A stretch of DNA of 64,000 bases from Lobosporangium transversale (GCF_002105155.1 NW_019028982.1:930001-994000), one strand, 5' to 3'. Positions 1-14,367 are shown, counted from the first letter of the stretch. The notes: generated by a model from the sequence alone, not told the origin. Translations and numbers: made by a program.

Positions 1-386
1 TGAGAGGACTGAACACAGGCAAATCTGCGCACGGCGCACATTCTATCTATTAAATCGAGTGGCTTATGTGCAATGCGAGGGAAACAGTAGAATCTCAATA
101 CCCTTCCTTTACAAGCAACCCTCTCCTGTGTAATTTATCTTTTATTAAAGCTCGAGATTCCTAAACTGAATAAATAATGAAAGTGGCATAGGATAGCCAT
201 CATCTTTCTTTTTCGATATGATAGAGATGTCTGTCTGACAGGTTCTTACTCATTAGAGAATGCACTTGTAGAGGAACCACTTCACTGCAGTTGTTTTGTT
301 TTTTATTTTTTTAATCCTTTTTTATTAAGAGATTGCTTGCTATCTAGCTATCTAGCTTACCTGGTTACTATCCTAAGCTACAAGAA

Positions 387-497
387 GCCAGACTCTTAGC
401 CACCTTGGAAAGCGCTTTTCTTTGTCACCATCGAAAAGACTCTCCAAGATGTTGTCCGGAGCACACCACGTGGAGGTGGTCTGGCATATCGTGCTCC
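387..497 (-). ncRNA. HDV-like self-cleaving ribozyme (copy 1)
   Basis: Minus strand folds as P1 GGAGCAC/GTGCTCC, J1/2 GATAT, P2 GCCAGAC/GTCTGGC, P3 ACC/GGT, L3 TCCACGT, P1.1 CC/GG, P4 CATCTTGGAGAG/CTTTCCAAGGTG and J4/2 GCTAA with the catalytic C. Confidence 0.85.
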
Positions 498-734
498 GTT
501 GGTCAGGCCCCATGGCCTTGCAAACGCCCGCACACACACACATTTATTAACCCATTCCCATCCCCATCCCCATTCCCTTTCCCATTCTGGACCGAAGGGC
601 TCCGCCATCGCAAGGCTCGTTAAAGAACCAGCTCAGGCTCATGCCCGTTCGGACCTACCTTAGATATGCATTGGTTGTTGCACCTTGGATGTGCATTGTT
701 GCTATGTTAAAGAGTGCTTTGTGTTGTGTTAGTA

Positions 735-769
<35 letters not shown>

Positions 770-791
770 GCTTTCTTATGTTTTTTATTGG

Positions 792-825
<34 letters not shown>

Positions 826-2936
826 CTTTTTTCTTCTTTCTGATATGAGATCTTTTTTTTTACTTTTCTTTTTTTGGGCTTTTATTGAGTCTTTTTTTTT
901 GGTTTTTTTTTCTTTGGTTAATTTTTTTTTAATTGTGTTTTTTCTTTGGGTTATTTTTTTTTTCTTTGGTTTTTTTGGTTTATTTTTTTGGTTTATTTTT
1001 TTGGTTTTTTTCTTTGGTTTTTTTTTTTCTTTTTCTTTTCTTTGGATTTTTTTTTTTTTTTTTTTTTTGGTTTCTTTTTTTTCTTTGGATTTTTCTTTTT
1101 TTTTTTGATTTAGTTTTTTTTTTTTTTTTTTTTGAGGCATTTGTTTCTGGAGGCGTTTGTTTTTTGCCTGGATGGACTGTTCGACCTTTCTTTGGTTTAG
1201 TCCTTTTGCTGGTGGCGCCGAGCTTTCGTTACCAGTGCCTTCCAGACCACACAATGAGAAGTGGCCTGGTCGCTATGATTTGGTGTTGTTCGTGAAGCCT
1301 TGGCCATCATACCCGAGATGGGATGGGCTGGCTATTTGGCCGCGGAGAAGGCCGTCGTTCGACTGCGGTAGACTATGAGGCCGTTTAGAGCGTGGCTATT
1401 TAGAGCGTGGCCATCTGGAGCGTAGCCAGTTGAATACGGCTTTTCGTTGGAGTGCAGCCGTTCGAGTATGGGCGCCTGAGTGTGGCAACCCGGCTGTGCG
1501 TTATGAAGCCCTAGTTGCTTTAGCCAGCTTCATGTCGTTGCAGTCTAATCGTGGAATGAAAAGAGAGACACAAGCAGAAAAAGAATAATCAGAACAAGGA
1601 CAGTGAAGCACAGAGTGACAGTGTTGAGAACTTCAGTAAGAGTGATTGTTTAGGGAGTGTTGCTTACCTTTTTGTCTTGGTTGAGGAGGCCGATGGTCGA
1701 GGAGACCGAGGAGAAAGAGAAGAGAAAAGAAGAAAAAAGAAGAGAGTCAAAATTAGTCCTTTTTATATTGGTTTCTTATTATTATTATTTACGTTCGCGC
1801 AAGAAGAGGAGAAGGGCCGAGGAGTGATTGGTGTTCAAAAGCGCGCTGTACTAAGTACCTTGCTTGCTGTACGCTCAAGAGCGACCAATAAAAGATAAGC
1901 AACAATTTAAAAAGATAAACAACAATATAAAAAGATAAAAAATAAATAAATATACGTGTCTTTGATGTCATCTGTCATATTTCATATGATAAAGAAGAGA
2001 CTCTCACGATTGAAAGTGGGAATAATGCTCTGTCCTCAAGACTCATAAGGAAAACCTGTCTATAAACAACCAGAGCATGAACTGTATTGCTCTCGAGCTT
2101 GTTTACTCTTATTGATAAAGGAGATTATCTTCTTTATCCTCTTCTTCTATTTCCTTTCTTCACTCCTAACAAGAGATGGGATAGACTGTCGTTGGACCTG
2201 TACTTTGGCAGCTTGCCGTTTTTCCAGAGTGTGGTGGAAAATAACACATGACATTCGTAAGAATACCTCTGCGCCTTTTTTTTTTTTTTATTTTTTTTTT
2301 TTATTTTCATGCAATACAATGTAGAATACATTAAGATTTGAAGGTGAAACAAAGTATCAACGTTTATATATCGACCAGTAAAAAGCACACGATCGTATCG
2401 AGGAAATGACGTGTCGTATCTCTTTGGCTCTTTGAAAAGGAAAATAAGGAAAAGAAAAAAAGGAAAAAAGTCTGTTTGAACAAAAACTGCCGCAGCACAG
2501 TTCCCACGACAATGCATCCTATTCTTTGTTAAGGATGAAGAGAAAGAATGGGAGAAGAGAGTCAAATAGCAAACTCTACTGATAGTACCTGATGAACCCC
2601 ATTGCTAAAGAAAAAAAGGTACTCGAGCTTAATGCTGGCGAAAAATGGGAGTATGCGAGTGTTGATAAGCTTGTGCTCTGAATCCTGTCCTTTTACTTTA
2701 GTCGCGTCACATCGCTCACTGTTTTCCTTTCTCTCTTTGTTGCACACCATACAAAGAGAGCATTGTGGCTCGTGCTCTTGTTGTTGTATGTATATATGAC
2801 CCTGCATATCTTTGAGGATGGTTATCCCTCCACCTGTAAGAGTTTTCTCTTTCTCCACCTTGCGAGCATATGAAAATTGACGGATGATATCACAAGCGCG
2901 CAGATTACCCATTTCAATTCCCGCTACGCCGCTTTC

Positions 2937-3303
2937 TTTTTTATTTTATTTTATTTTATTTTAATATATTTTATTTATTTTAATATATTTTATTTATTTT
3001 AATATATTTTATTTATTTTAATATATAGCCCGTTTCATTTGGTCGCGATACCTTATATTTTTTGAATACTTTCGAGTGTATTGGCAGCCAATTAGCTCGC
3101 TTGTTACGAGTATTGTTGCAAGTCCGTCACGTAGTGAGATGCCACCAGAACAATTCAATCATCGTTTTTAGATTAAAAATATAAGGTATCGTGACCAAAT
3201 AAAATTGGCGATATTTTATTTATTTTAATATATTTTATTTATTTTAATATATTTTATTTTATTTTAATATATTTTATTTTATTTTATTTTATTTTATTTT
3301 TTT
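2937..3303. repeat. AT-only tandem array: (TTTTA)n plus 19-bp unit AATATATTTTATTTATTTT, interrupted by a MITE
   Basis: Directly visible. The same array terminates the other two copies (6537-6708, 50680-50790). Confidence 0.9.
3026..3211. mobile_element. Tc1/mariner-type MITE (~186 bp) with TA target duplication
   Basis: Imperfect ~37-bp TIRs TAGCCCGTTTCATTTGGTCGCGATACCTTATATTTTT / AAAAATATAAGGTATCGTGACCAAATAAAATTGGCGA. TA at 3024-3025 and 3212-3213 restores the 19-bp array unit. Absent from copies 2 and 3. Confidence 0.85.
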
Positions 3304-3928
3304 GCTTAACTCAGTGACCGCTCTCTGTACACAGCTCAGCCGAGAGATGACCCACACAGGACGCATCCGAGTCCAAGGCTGCGATTTCAAAGACAGTGAG
3401 GAGGAAAATGTCTTTATCCTCTTCCTACCACTGTACTTACGCTCACCCATATCACTCACAGCAAACAACAGGTACTTGGTTATGATGGGAAACTATCAAG
3501 TGCAAACATTTTATTTTCCTCAATCTTTGTGGATTGAACATAGCTCTAAGGAGTTGGCAGAAAAGAGCTATCCCTTCTCAAACAAGCTTGAAGACTCATT
3601 TGCGCGCGGAGCTTTGGATCCAATGATGACTTATTTCTCCCCAGGGGATGACTAGGCTTTTGCGCTTGATTGGGCTAACCGATCCTCGCTGGAGTACGGC
3701 GTATGGCAAGGGGATCCGCTGAAGCCAGATGTGACGATTCGAAAGTACATTTTTGAGACGGCTTATGCTGAGACCAAGTCGTCTAAGGACAAGCGAAGCC
3801 TACATTTATTTCTCGAAGACCAATGGAGCCTAATGAGGTTTGCCAAGGACACGATTGACGAGAACCTACGTGATGAACGGGTTGTGATGGAGATCCCTTG
3901 TCTGCAAGTGTTTGGTAAGTCTATGTGA
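3304..3928 (+). pseudogene. Fragment of a PD-(D/E)XK restriction-endonuclease-like (Crinkler REase-like) gene
   Basis: ORFs 3302-3655 and 3731-3928 share one frame split by TAG at 3653. Read-through gives KPDVTI...AYAETK...D..SLMRFAKDTID...LQVFG, resembling Mucoromycota REase-fold proteins. Confidence 0.5.
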
Positions 3929-4896
3929 CTTATGTGGCAATAACGCGCCACACACCTTGACGAGATAAATTTTCGATATGAGGTTCTAGAACAAATCAAT
4001 GCCATCTTATAGATAGATATGTAGTTACCCGCTACAGGTTCCTCTACCAGGGAATGAATAAATACCTCCATGGGTGTGGGCCCACATCTAATTCTTACTT
4101 ACTTTTTCTACTGCTCACGATCTATCTACAAAATATATTTCAGTCTCGTTATCGCCGTCAGAGGTCATGATTTGAGTGGTCGTGGACATGTTCAGCCCGT
4201 TGGCATTGCCAAAGACCCCAGGAAGGCATAACAGCTCTGATTCTTTCTCGAAATAAGCCATCATATTCAGCCTTACTTTGAAGCTTTTGACCGTTATGGC
4301 AATTTCTTTGACTACTTTGTATATGTGGGGCGTTAGGCAAGTTAGTAAACAGATGACTAAAGGGATAAGAGGCACTGCGTGAACAAAGTGCTTTGCGAAC
4401 GAGCATTGTCTACGGTACCATATCCGTATAAATATTAAATAAAACCCTGCTAATCCGACTTGCACCTACCTTTCGAGCTAATAGGGTGGTGCGGGTGGGA
4501 CATACGTCCATGGCACCTATGACAATGTGAATAGGCCATCCTTCGTAGACCATTCAATAGAAAAAAGAGGTGAGTGGAAAGACAGAAAGTGCTGTATGTG
4601 GAAACTTATGCTTGAATGAGTAAAAGGAAGGAAAAGTCTATCTGGTGGAATGGAGACTTTGACTGAAACTGATCAAAGTGATTGAAGCTGATTAAAAAAA
4701 AAAAAAAAAAAACTCCATATACATATATTTATCATCATTCCCGTAGTAAACTCAGGTTACAGTATGGGAGATTTAGAATACGAACCGAAGCTCTATCAGC
4801 CTGCCTCGTTCAGCATCGGCTAAAGCAGAAATTGTCTAGTTGAAGGGGCGGAGATGGCTGGTTATTAATTGAATAAACGAAAGTTGTGTAACAGAA

Positions 4897-6404
4897 TCAT
4901 CGAAGAGAAAGGTTGGCACATTTTACTGCTCTGGCAACTAGCACTCCTACTATTGATTCCCCTGCTGTTGTTGTTTGTAATAGCTTAGAGAGACAAAGAT
5001 TATTAAAACAAACCTTTTCAGGCTTAAGACTATATATATTAAAACAAGCCTTTTCAGGCTTAAGACTAAATATTGTCACATTGTTACTCTTTGAACTCTC
5101 TTGTTGTTTTGAATCCGGACATAAAAAGTGAAGATGTCGATGGTGTTTGCAGGATTGCCACTGCCGCTATTGCTGTTGCTGTTTTTGTTTCTGTTTTAAG
5201 TTTAGAGCTAGAATCCTTAGTTGCATAATGCTTCATACACGTACTTTCTCTTTTGGATGTTCCCTGCTCACGAAGTCTGGGCTTTGCGCTGACCAAAGCT
5301 GTGGAGTGCTTTACTGCATCAGTCTAGATAACGCGGTCAGGTTGTGAAGCAATGGATTTAACCGATGTCGATGGTAATAAGGCTGTTTGATGTTGTATCG
5401 TGAGAAGAATGTATATGGGCAGCAGTTGTGCCATTTCAATCCGATTTTGCAGTTGCCTCGTTATCTTTTGCCTGGGGCATAGAGTATGGTTCAGATTCCC
5501 ATATTGATTCCCATATTGATTCCAATCTAGCTACTGGACCACGTATAAACTTTCTGTGAATTCGGTTAGGATTGCGGCTGTTATAATTGACTGACTGCAT
5601 CCACGACGAGGACGATGACCAATCATTAGCTGTATGGGCATTTGACAACAGTGTTGGGGCTGCAGTTGTTATACTTGAATGACCGCGTCCACGACGAGGA
5701 CGACGACGCGCCATTAGCTGTGTTGGCATTTAACGACGGTGGGACCATTCGGGTATAGCTTTCCATAATATTTCTAGCACGGAAGGCACTTGATCCAGAA
5801 GTAAAGGTTGTCAAGGCTTTAGTGGCAGCATCTTTGACGTCACTGTTATTGCCACCAATACTGTTGCTGATTAGGTTCGGTTGGGTCTTTTTGACAGTAA
5901 CATGACGAGGAACAGGTCCTGAGGTGGCAACGGAGTGTGATACCATAATAATTGACGATGAGGTAGTCGCCATTGCTGCTATAGTTAAATCTATGATCGT
6001 ACTTGCCGTGCTATACTGCTTGTCTTCTATTTTTCTTTGTCTTTGTTTCTTTTTATATCGTCGTTTCTTTGACAGCTGAGTGTTATGCTGAGTAAGAGGG
6101 TCAGAGGGCTCTTTGCGTTTCCTGATGGAATGTGGCGCCATAGTAGCTGGTGATGAGATAGCTGTTATTGTTGTTGTAATTAATGCTGTACTTGAGCTTG
6201 CCATGCTGCACTGGTTACTTTCTATTTCTTCTTGCCCTTGTTTCTTTTCATATCATCGTTTCTTTGGCAGCTGAGTGTCATGCTGGATAGGAGGGTTAGA
6301 GAGTTCTTTTCGTTTTGTGATGAAATGCATTTTTCTTTCTGGATAAGCAATGGGGAACTCAGTTGGAAAATAAAAAAGTGAAGGTATACTATTGCGATTA
6401 GCAA
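4897..6404 (-). pseudogene. Degenerate low-complexity ORF(s) with internal duplications and a basic NLS-like patch
   Basis: Fragmented ORFs (5626-6204 and others). Duplicated blocks at ~6055-6120 vs ~6250-6315, at ~5600-5635 vs ~5688-5722, and a ~34-bp duplication around 5000-5075. Confidence 0.3.
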
Positions 6405-7873
6405 TCATTTACATGGGTTATTACAATGGCTAATTTTTTACCTCTGGACCAACCGATTTGCGATTTCAAAGTATTGACTAAATAACGAATACATATTCAG
6501 CATCTTACTCTTTTGCGCCTTCTAGGGAGTTTATTCAAAAATAAAATAAAATAAAATAAAATAAAATAAAATAAAATAAAATATATTAAAATAAATAAAA
6601 TATATTAAAATAAATAAAATATATTAAAATAAATAAAATATATTAAAATAAATAAAATATATTAAAATAAATAAAATATATTAAAATAAAATAAAATAAA
6701 ATAAAAAAGAAAGCGGCGTAGCGGGAATTGAAATGGGTAATCTGCGCGCTTGTGATATCATCCGTCAATTTTCATATGCTCGCAAGGTGGAGAAAGAGAA
6801 AACTCTTACAGGTGGAGGGATAACCATCCTCAAAGATATGCAGGGTCATATATACATACAACAACAAGAGCACGAGCCACAATGCTCTCTTTGTATGGTG
6901 TGCAACAAAGAGAGAAAGGAAAACAGTGAGCGATGTGACGCGACTAAAGTAAAAGGACAGGATTCAGAGCACAAGCTTATCAACACTCGCATACTCCCAT
7001 TTTTCGCCAGCATTAAGCTCGAGTACCTTTTTTTCTTTAGCAATGGGGTTCATCAGGTACTATCAGTAGAGTTTGCTATTTGACTCTCTTCTCCCATTCT
7101 TTCTCTTCATCCTTAACAAAGAATAGGATGCATTGTCGTGGGAACTGTGCTGCGGCAGTTTTTGTTCAAACAGACTTTTTTCCTTTTTTTCTTTTCCTTA
7201 TTTTCCTTTTCAAAGAGCCAAAGAGATACGACACGTCATTTCCTCGATACGATCGTGTGCTTTTTACTGGTCGATATATAAACGTTGATACTTTGTTTCA
7301 CCTTCAAATCTTAATGTATTCTACATTGTATTGCATGAAAATAAAAAAAAAAAATAAAAAAAAAAAAAAGGCGCAGAGGTATTCTTACGAATGTCATGTG
7401 TTATTTTCCACCACACTCTGGAAAAACGGCAAGCTGCCAAAGTACAGGTCCAACGACAGTCTATCCCATCTCTTGTTAGGAGTGAAGAAAGGAAATAGAA
7501 GAAGAGGATAAAGAAGATAATCTCCTTTATCAATAAGAGTAAACAAGCTCGAGAGCAATACAGTTCATGCTCTGGTTGTTTATAGACAGGTTTTCCTTAT
7601 GAGTCTTGAGGACAGAGCATTATTCCCACTTTCAATCGTGAGAGTCTCTTCTTTATCATATGAAATATGACAGATGACATCAAAGACACGTATATTTATT
7701 TATTTTTTATCTTTTTATATTGTTGTTTATCTTTTTAAATTGTTGCTTATCTTTTATTGGTCGCTCTTGAGCGTACAGCAAGCAAGGTACTTAGTACAGC
7801 GCGCTTTTGAACACCAATCACTCCTCGGCCCTTCTCCTCTTCTTGCGCGAACGTAAATAATAATAATAAGAAA

Positions 7874-8100
7874 CCAATATAAAAAGGACTAATTTTGACT
7901 CTCTTCTTTTTTCTTCTTTTCTCTTCTCTTTCTCCTCGGTCTCCTCGACCATCGGCCTCCTCAACCAAGACAAAAAGGTAAGCAACACTCCCTAAACAAT
8001 CACTCTTACTGAAGTTCTCAACACTGTCACTCTGTGCTTCACTGTCCTTGTTCTGATTATTCTTTTTCTGCTTGTGTCTCTCTTTTCATTCCACGATTAG
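7874..8100 (+). promoter_or_regulatory. Putative Pol II core promoter and 5' intron inside the repeat
   Basis: CCAA-TATAAAAA at 7874-7885, CT-rich tract ~7899-7945, donor GTAAGC at 7978, CTGAT branch-like site ~8053, pyrimidine tract and TAG at 8098-8100. Followed by ATG 8112 of a 10-codon ORF. Confidence 0.55.
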
Positions 8101-8878
8101 ACTGCAACGACATGAAGCTGGCTAAAGCAACTAGGGCTTCATAACGCACAGCCGGGTTGCCACACTCAGGCGCCCATACTCGAACGGCTGCACTCCAACG
8201 AAAAGCCGTATTCAACTGGCTACGCTCCAGATGGCCACGCTCTAAATAGCCACGCTCTAAACGGCCTCATAGTCTACCGCAGTCGAACGACGGCCTTCTC
8301 CGCGGCCAAATAGCCAGCCCATCCCATCTCGGGTATGATGGCCAAGGCTTCACGAACAACACCAAATCATAGCGACCAGGCCACTTCTCATTGTGTGGTC
8401 TGGAAGGCACTGGTAACGAAAGCTCGGCGCCACCAGCAAAAGGACTAAACCAAAGAAAGGTCGAACAGTCCATCCAGGCAAAAAACAAACGCCTCCAGAA
8501 ACAAATGCCTCAAAAAAAAAAAAAAAAAAAAACTAAATCAAAAAAAAAAAAGAAAAATCCAAAGAAAAAAAAGAAACCAAAAAAAAAAAAAAAAAAAAAA
8601 ATCCAAAGAAAAGAAAAAGAAAAAAAAAAACCAAAGAAAAAAACCAAAAAAATAAACCAAAAAAATAAACCAAAAAAACCAAAGAAAAAAAAAATAACCC
8701 AAAGAAAAAACACAATTAAAAAAAAATTAACCAAAGAAAAAAAAACCAAAAAAAAAGACTCAATAAAAGCCCAAAAAAAGAAAAGTAAAAAAAAAGATCT
8801 CATATCAGAAAGAAGAAAAAAGAAAAAAAGAAAAAAGAAAAAAGAAAAAAAAAAGCCAATAAAAAACATAAGAAAGCC

Positions 8879-8911
<33 letters not shown>

Positions 8912-8990
8912 TACTAACACAACACAAAGCACTCTTTAACATAGCAACAATGCACATCCAAGGTGCAACAACCAATGCATATCTAAGGTA

Positions 8991-9095
8991 GGTCCGAACG
9001 GGCATGAGCCTGAGCTGGTTCTTTAACGAGCCTTGCGATGGCGGAGCCCTTCGGTCCAGAATGGGAAAGGGAATGGGGATGGGGATGGGAATGGG
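8991..9095 (+). other. Long hairpin (8991-9057) followed by a G-quadruplex motif (9063-9095)
   Basis: Pairings CCGAA-GGGC/GCCC-TTCGG, GCC/GGC, GGTTC/GAGCC with GA-rich internal loops. Six G-runs: GGGAAAGGGAATGGGGATGGGGATGGGAATGGG. Identical in all three copies. Confidence 0.6.
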
Positions 9096-9148
9096 TTAAT
9101 AAATGTGTGTGTGTGCGGGCGTTTGCAAGGCCATGGGGCCTGACCAAC

Positions 9149-9259
9149 GGAGTACGATATGCCAGACCACCTCCACGTGGTGTGCTCCGGACAACATCTT
9201 GGAGAGTCTTTTCGATGGTGACAAAGAAAAGCGCTTTCCAAGGTGGCTAAGAGTCTGGC
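9149..9259 (+). ncRNA. HDV-like self-cleaving ribozyme (copy 2)
   Basis: P1 9149-9155/9182-9188 (GGAGTAC, with a U-G wobble), P2 9161-9167/9253-9259, P3 9169-9171/9179-9181, L3 9172-9178, P1.1 GG 9189-9190, P4 9195-9245, catalytic C9247. Predicted cleavage at 9148/9149. Confidence 0.85.
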
Positions 9260-9667
9260 TTCTTGTAGCTTAGGATAGTAACCAGGTAAGCTAGATAGCT
9301 AGATAGCAAGCAATCTCTTAATAAAAAAGGATTAAAAAAATAAAAAACAAAACAACTGCAGTGAAGTGGTTCCTCTACAAGTGCATTCTCTAATGAGTAA
9401 GAACCTGTCAGACAGACATCCGCTATGCTCTACCAGTATTGTAGCCAACATCATTGAGTAGCATGCTTTTGAGCGATGATGCTCAAAGACAACAGTGTAA
9501 GCTTATTAAGGTACAAACATTTTTCTGGTTGTCCTCCAAAAGGTATCCGGCTCAGAAAAAAGTCTAGGAGACTTGATTCATGACTGAGCCCAGGATTTTT
9601 CACATGAGATCGCATTGTTATTATGGGATGACTTTGGGATATGAATGTCCAAAATTACAGTTTTTAT

Positions 9668-13002
<3,335 letters not shown>

Positions 13003-13570
13003 GGTGTCGGGTTTTGTTTTTGTTTTTTTTTTTTTTTTTTTTTTTTTGCGGGAATGAATAAAGAGGGAGACAAATAATGAATGACAAAAAAAAAAAAAGT
13101 TGGTAGTCACAAAAAAGTAAACAAGCTACTCGTGATCCATAAAATAATCGCACAGACCAACAACATGGTCAACAGGTGTGCTGTGCTCCTGCTCCCATCG
13201 ATAGTCAAATCTGCTATGCATATTTATGTAACCATGTGTGTGTTAAAAAAAACCAAGGCATAAATGTTTAGCATCTCCATACATGCAAAGTGATGGAATA
13301 TCATAGCAATTTGTCTTGCTTATTTCGGGCCATTTTAATAAATAACGTAAATTGTGAAACAAACACATAACAATGTTGTAATTAAATAGCGTCCTTTAAT
13401 GATGCAACCTTATTCTTTATCCCTTTCCCTCGCTTCTTCCTCCAATTTTCTTTTTCTTTGTTTCTTGTTTTATTGATATCTCGCACCATTCATCCTCTTT
13501 CACATTTCGTTTTTTATTATATATTTCAGCAAACACAGTTCACTCTCTCTACAAAAAAAAACCGCCTATC

Positions 13571-14367
13571 ATGGCATCCATCCTTAAAGACCAGGCTAAA
13601 AAGGCCGTCGATGTTCTCTATGATCTCCTCTTCGATGCTCCTAAGTATGATCCTTTCCCTCCCGCATGTACCGACTCTTACTCTTTCGACGGAACTAAGA
13701 AATACTGTATTCGCCACAACAATGATGAATTGGACAACAATATCTACGACACTATTATGACCACCACTAGTATTGTTGATAATGCTGCCCCAACCTCAAT
13801 CGGTAGTAAGCATCATGGCCATGGACAGTCAACATTTTTCTCCTTTCACCACCTCTTATTAGAGAAGTTACAGGCCATGACAAACCTAGAATATTGGCGT
13901 GAGTTCCATCCTTCGAATGCATGGAACAACTTTGTCTCACATATACGAATGGACATGCCAGATATTCAAGAAATGTGGGCTCGTTTTGCATTGGATCATT
14001 GGGCAGAACATCTAGGTCTCAAACCCCACATACTGTTCTTACTTTGCTTGCTGCCATTGGTGGTGATTTTCTTGACATTCTGTATCTACATGGGTCAAAC
14101 TACGGACTATAATGGACTAAGGTCTGGACTCAAGACTAATTTGGATTCATCAAATAGTACTGAGGGCAAGGAGGATCAACAAGCACCTGCTTCTGCCTCC
14201 ATCTCTTCTCCTTCGCCCTCAGAACAGGTCAGCGAAGGAAACAAAAGTCCTCCAAGATCAGAAAAGGATGAAGTCAAAGTCAAAGGCAAAGGTGAGAAAG
14301 ACATGTTTACATGAACAGAATGCATTTTTTGTTTTCTTTAAACTATTGATTGATCAATAGTTTCCTG

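Larger units (their letters stand above)
226..3303 (-). repeat. Copy 1 of ~3-kb non-coding ribozyme-bearing repeat (left arm of a 9.2-kb inverted repeat)
   Basis: Reverse complement of 6537-9420. The ORF track gives identical peptides on opposite strands. Identity starts at GATGTCTGTCTGACAGG (226) and matches ...CCTGTCAGACAGACATC (9420). Confidence 0.95.
6537..9420 (+). repeat. Copy 2 of ribozyme-bearing repeat (right arm of the inverted repeat)
   Basis: Near-identical reverse complement of 226-3303. Differences are mainly homopolymer/array lengths, the missing MITE and a substitution in ribozyme P1. Confidence 0.95.

Noticed and set aside
215..235. Target-site duplication around the 9.2-kb inverted structure
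   Set aside because: Flanks at 215-225 and 9421-9431 share no convincing direct repeat.
641..1295. Poly-Lys and poly-Phe ORFs in the repeat (also 8391-8939, 48291-48843)
   Set aside because: Products of A/T-rich tracts. Frames differ between copies and several use non-ATG starts.
2584..2623. Hammerhead ribozyme core (CTGATGA)
   Set aside because: No stem II followed by GAAA and no matching NUH site; only a 7-bp stem.
8991..9057. SECIS element (AUGA…GA)
   Set aside because: Helix II is too interrupted, the apical AA is poorly placed, and there is no upstream UGA-containing selenoprotein-like ORF.
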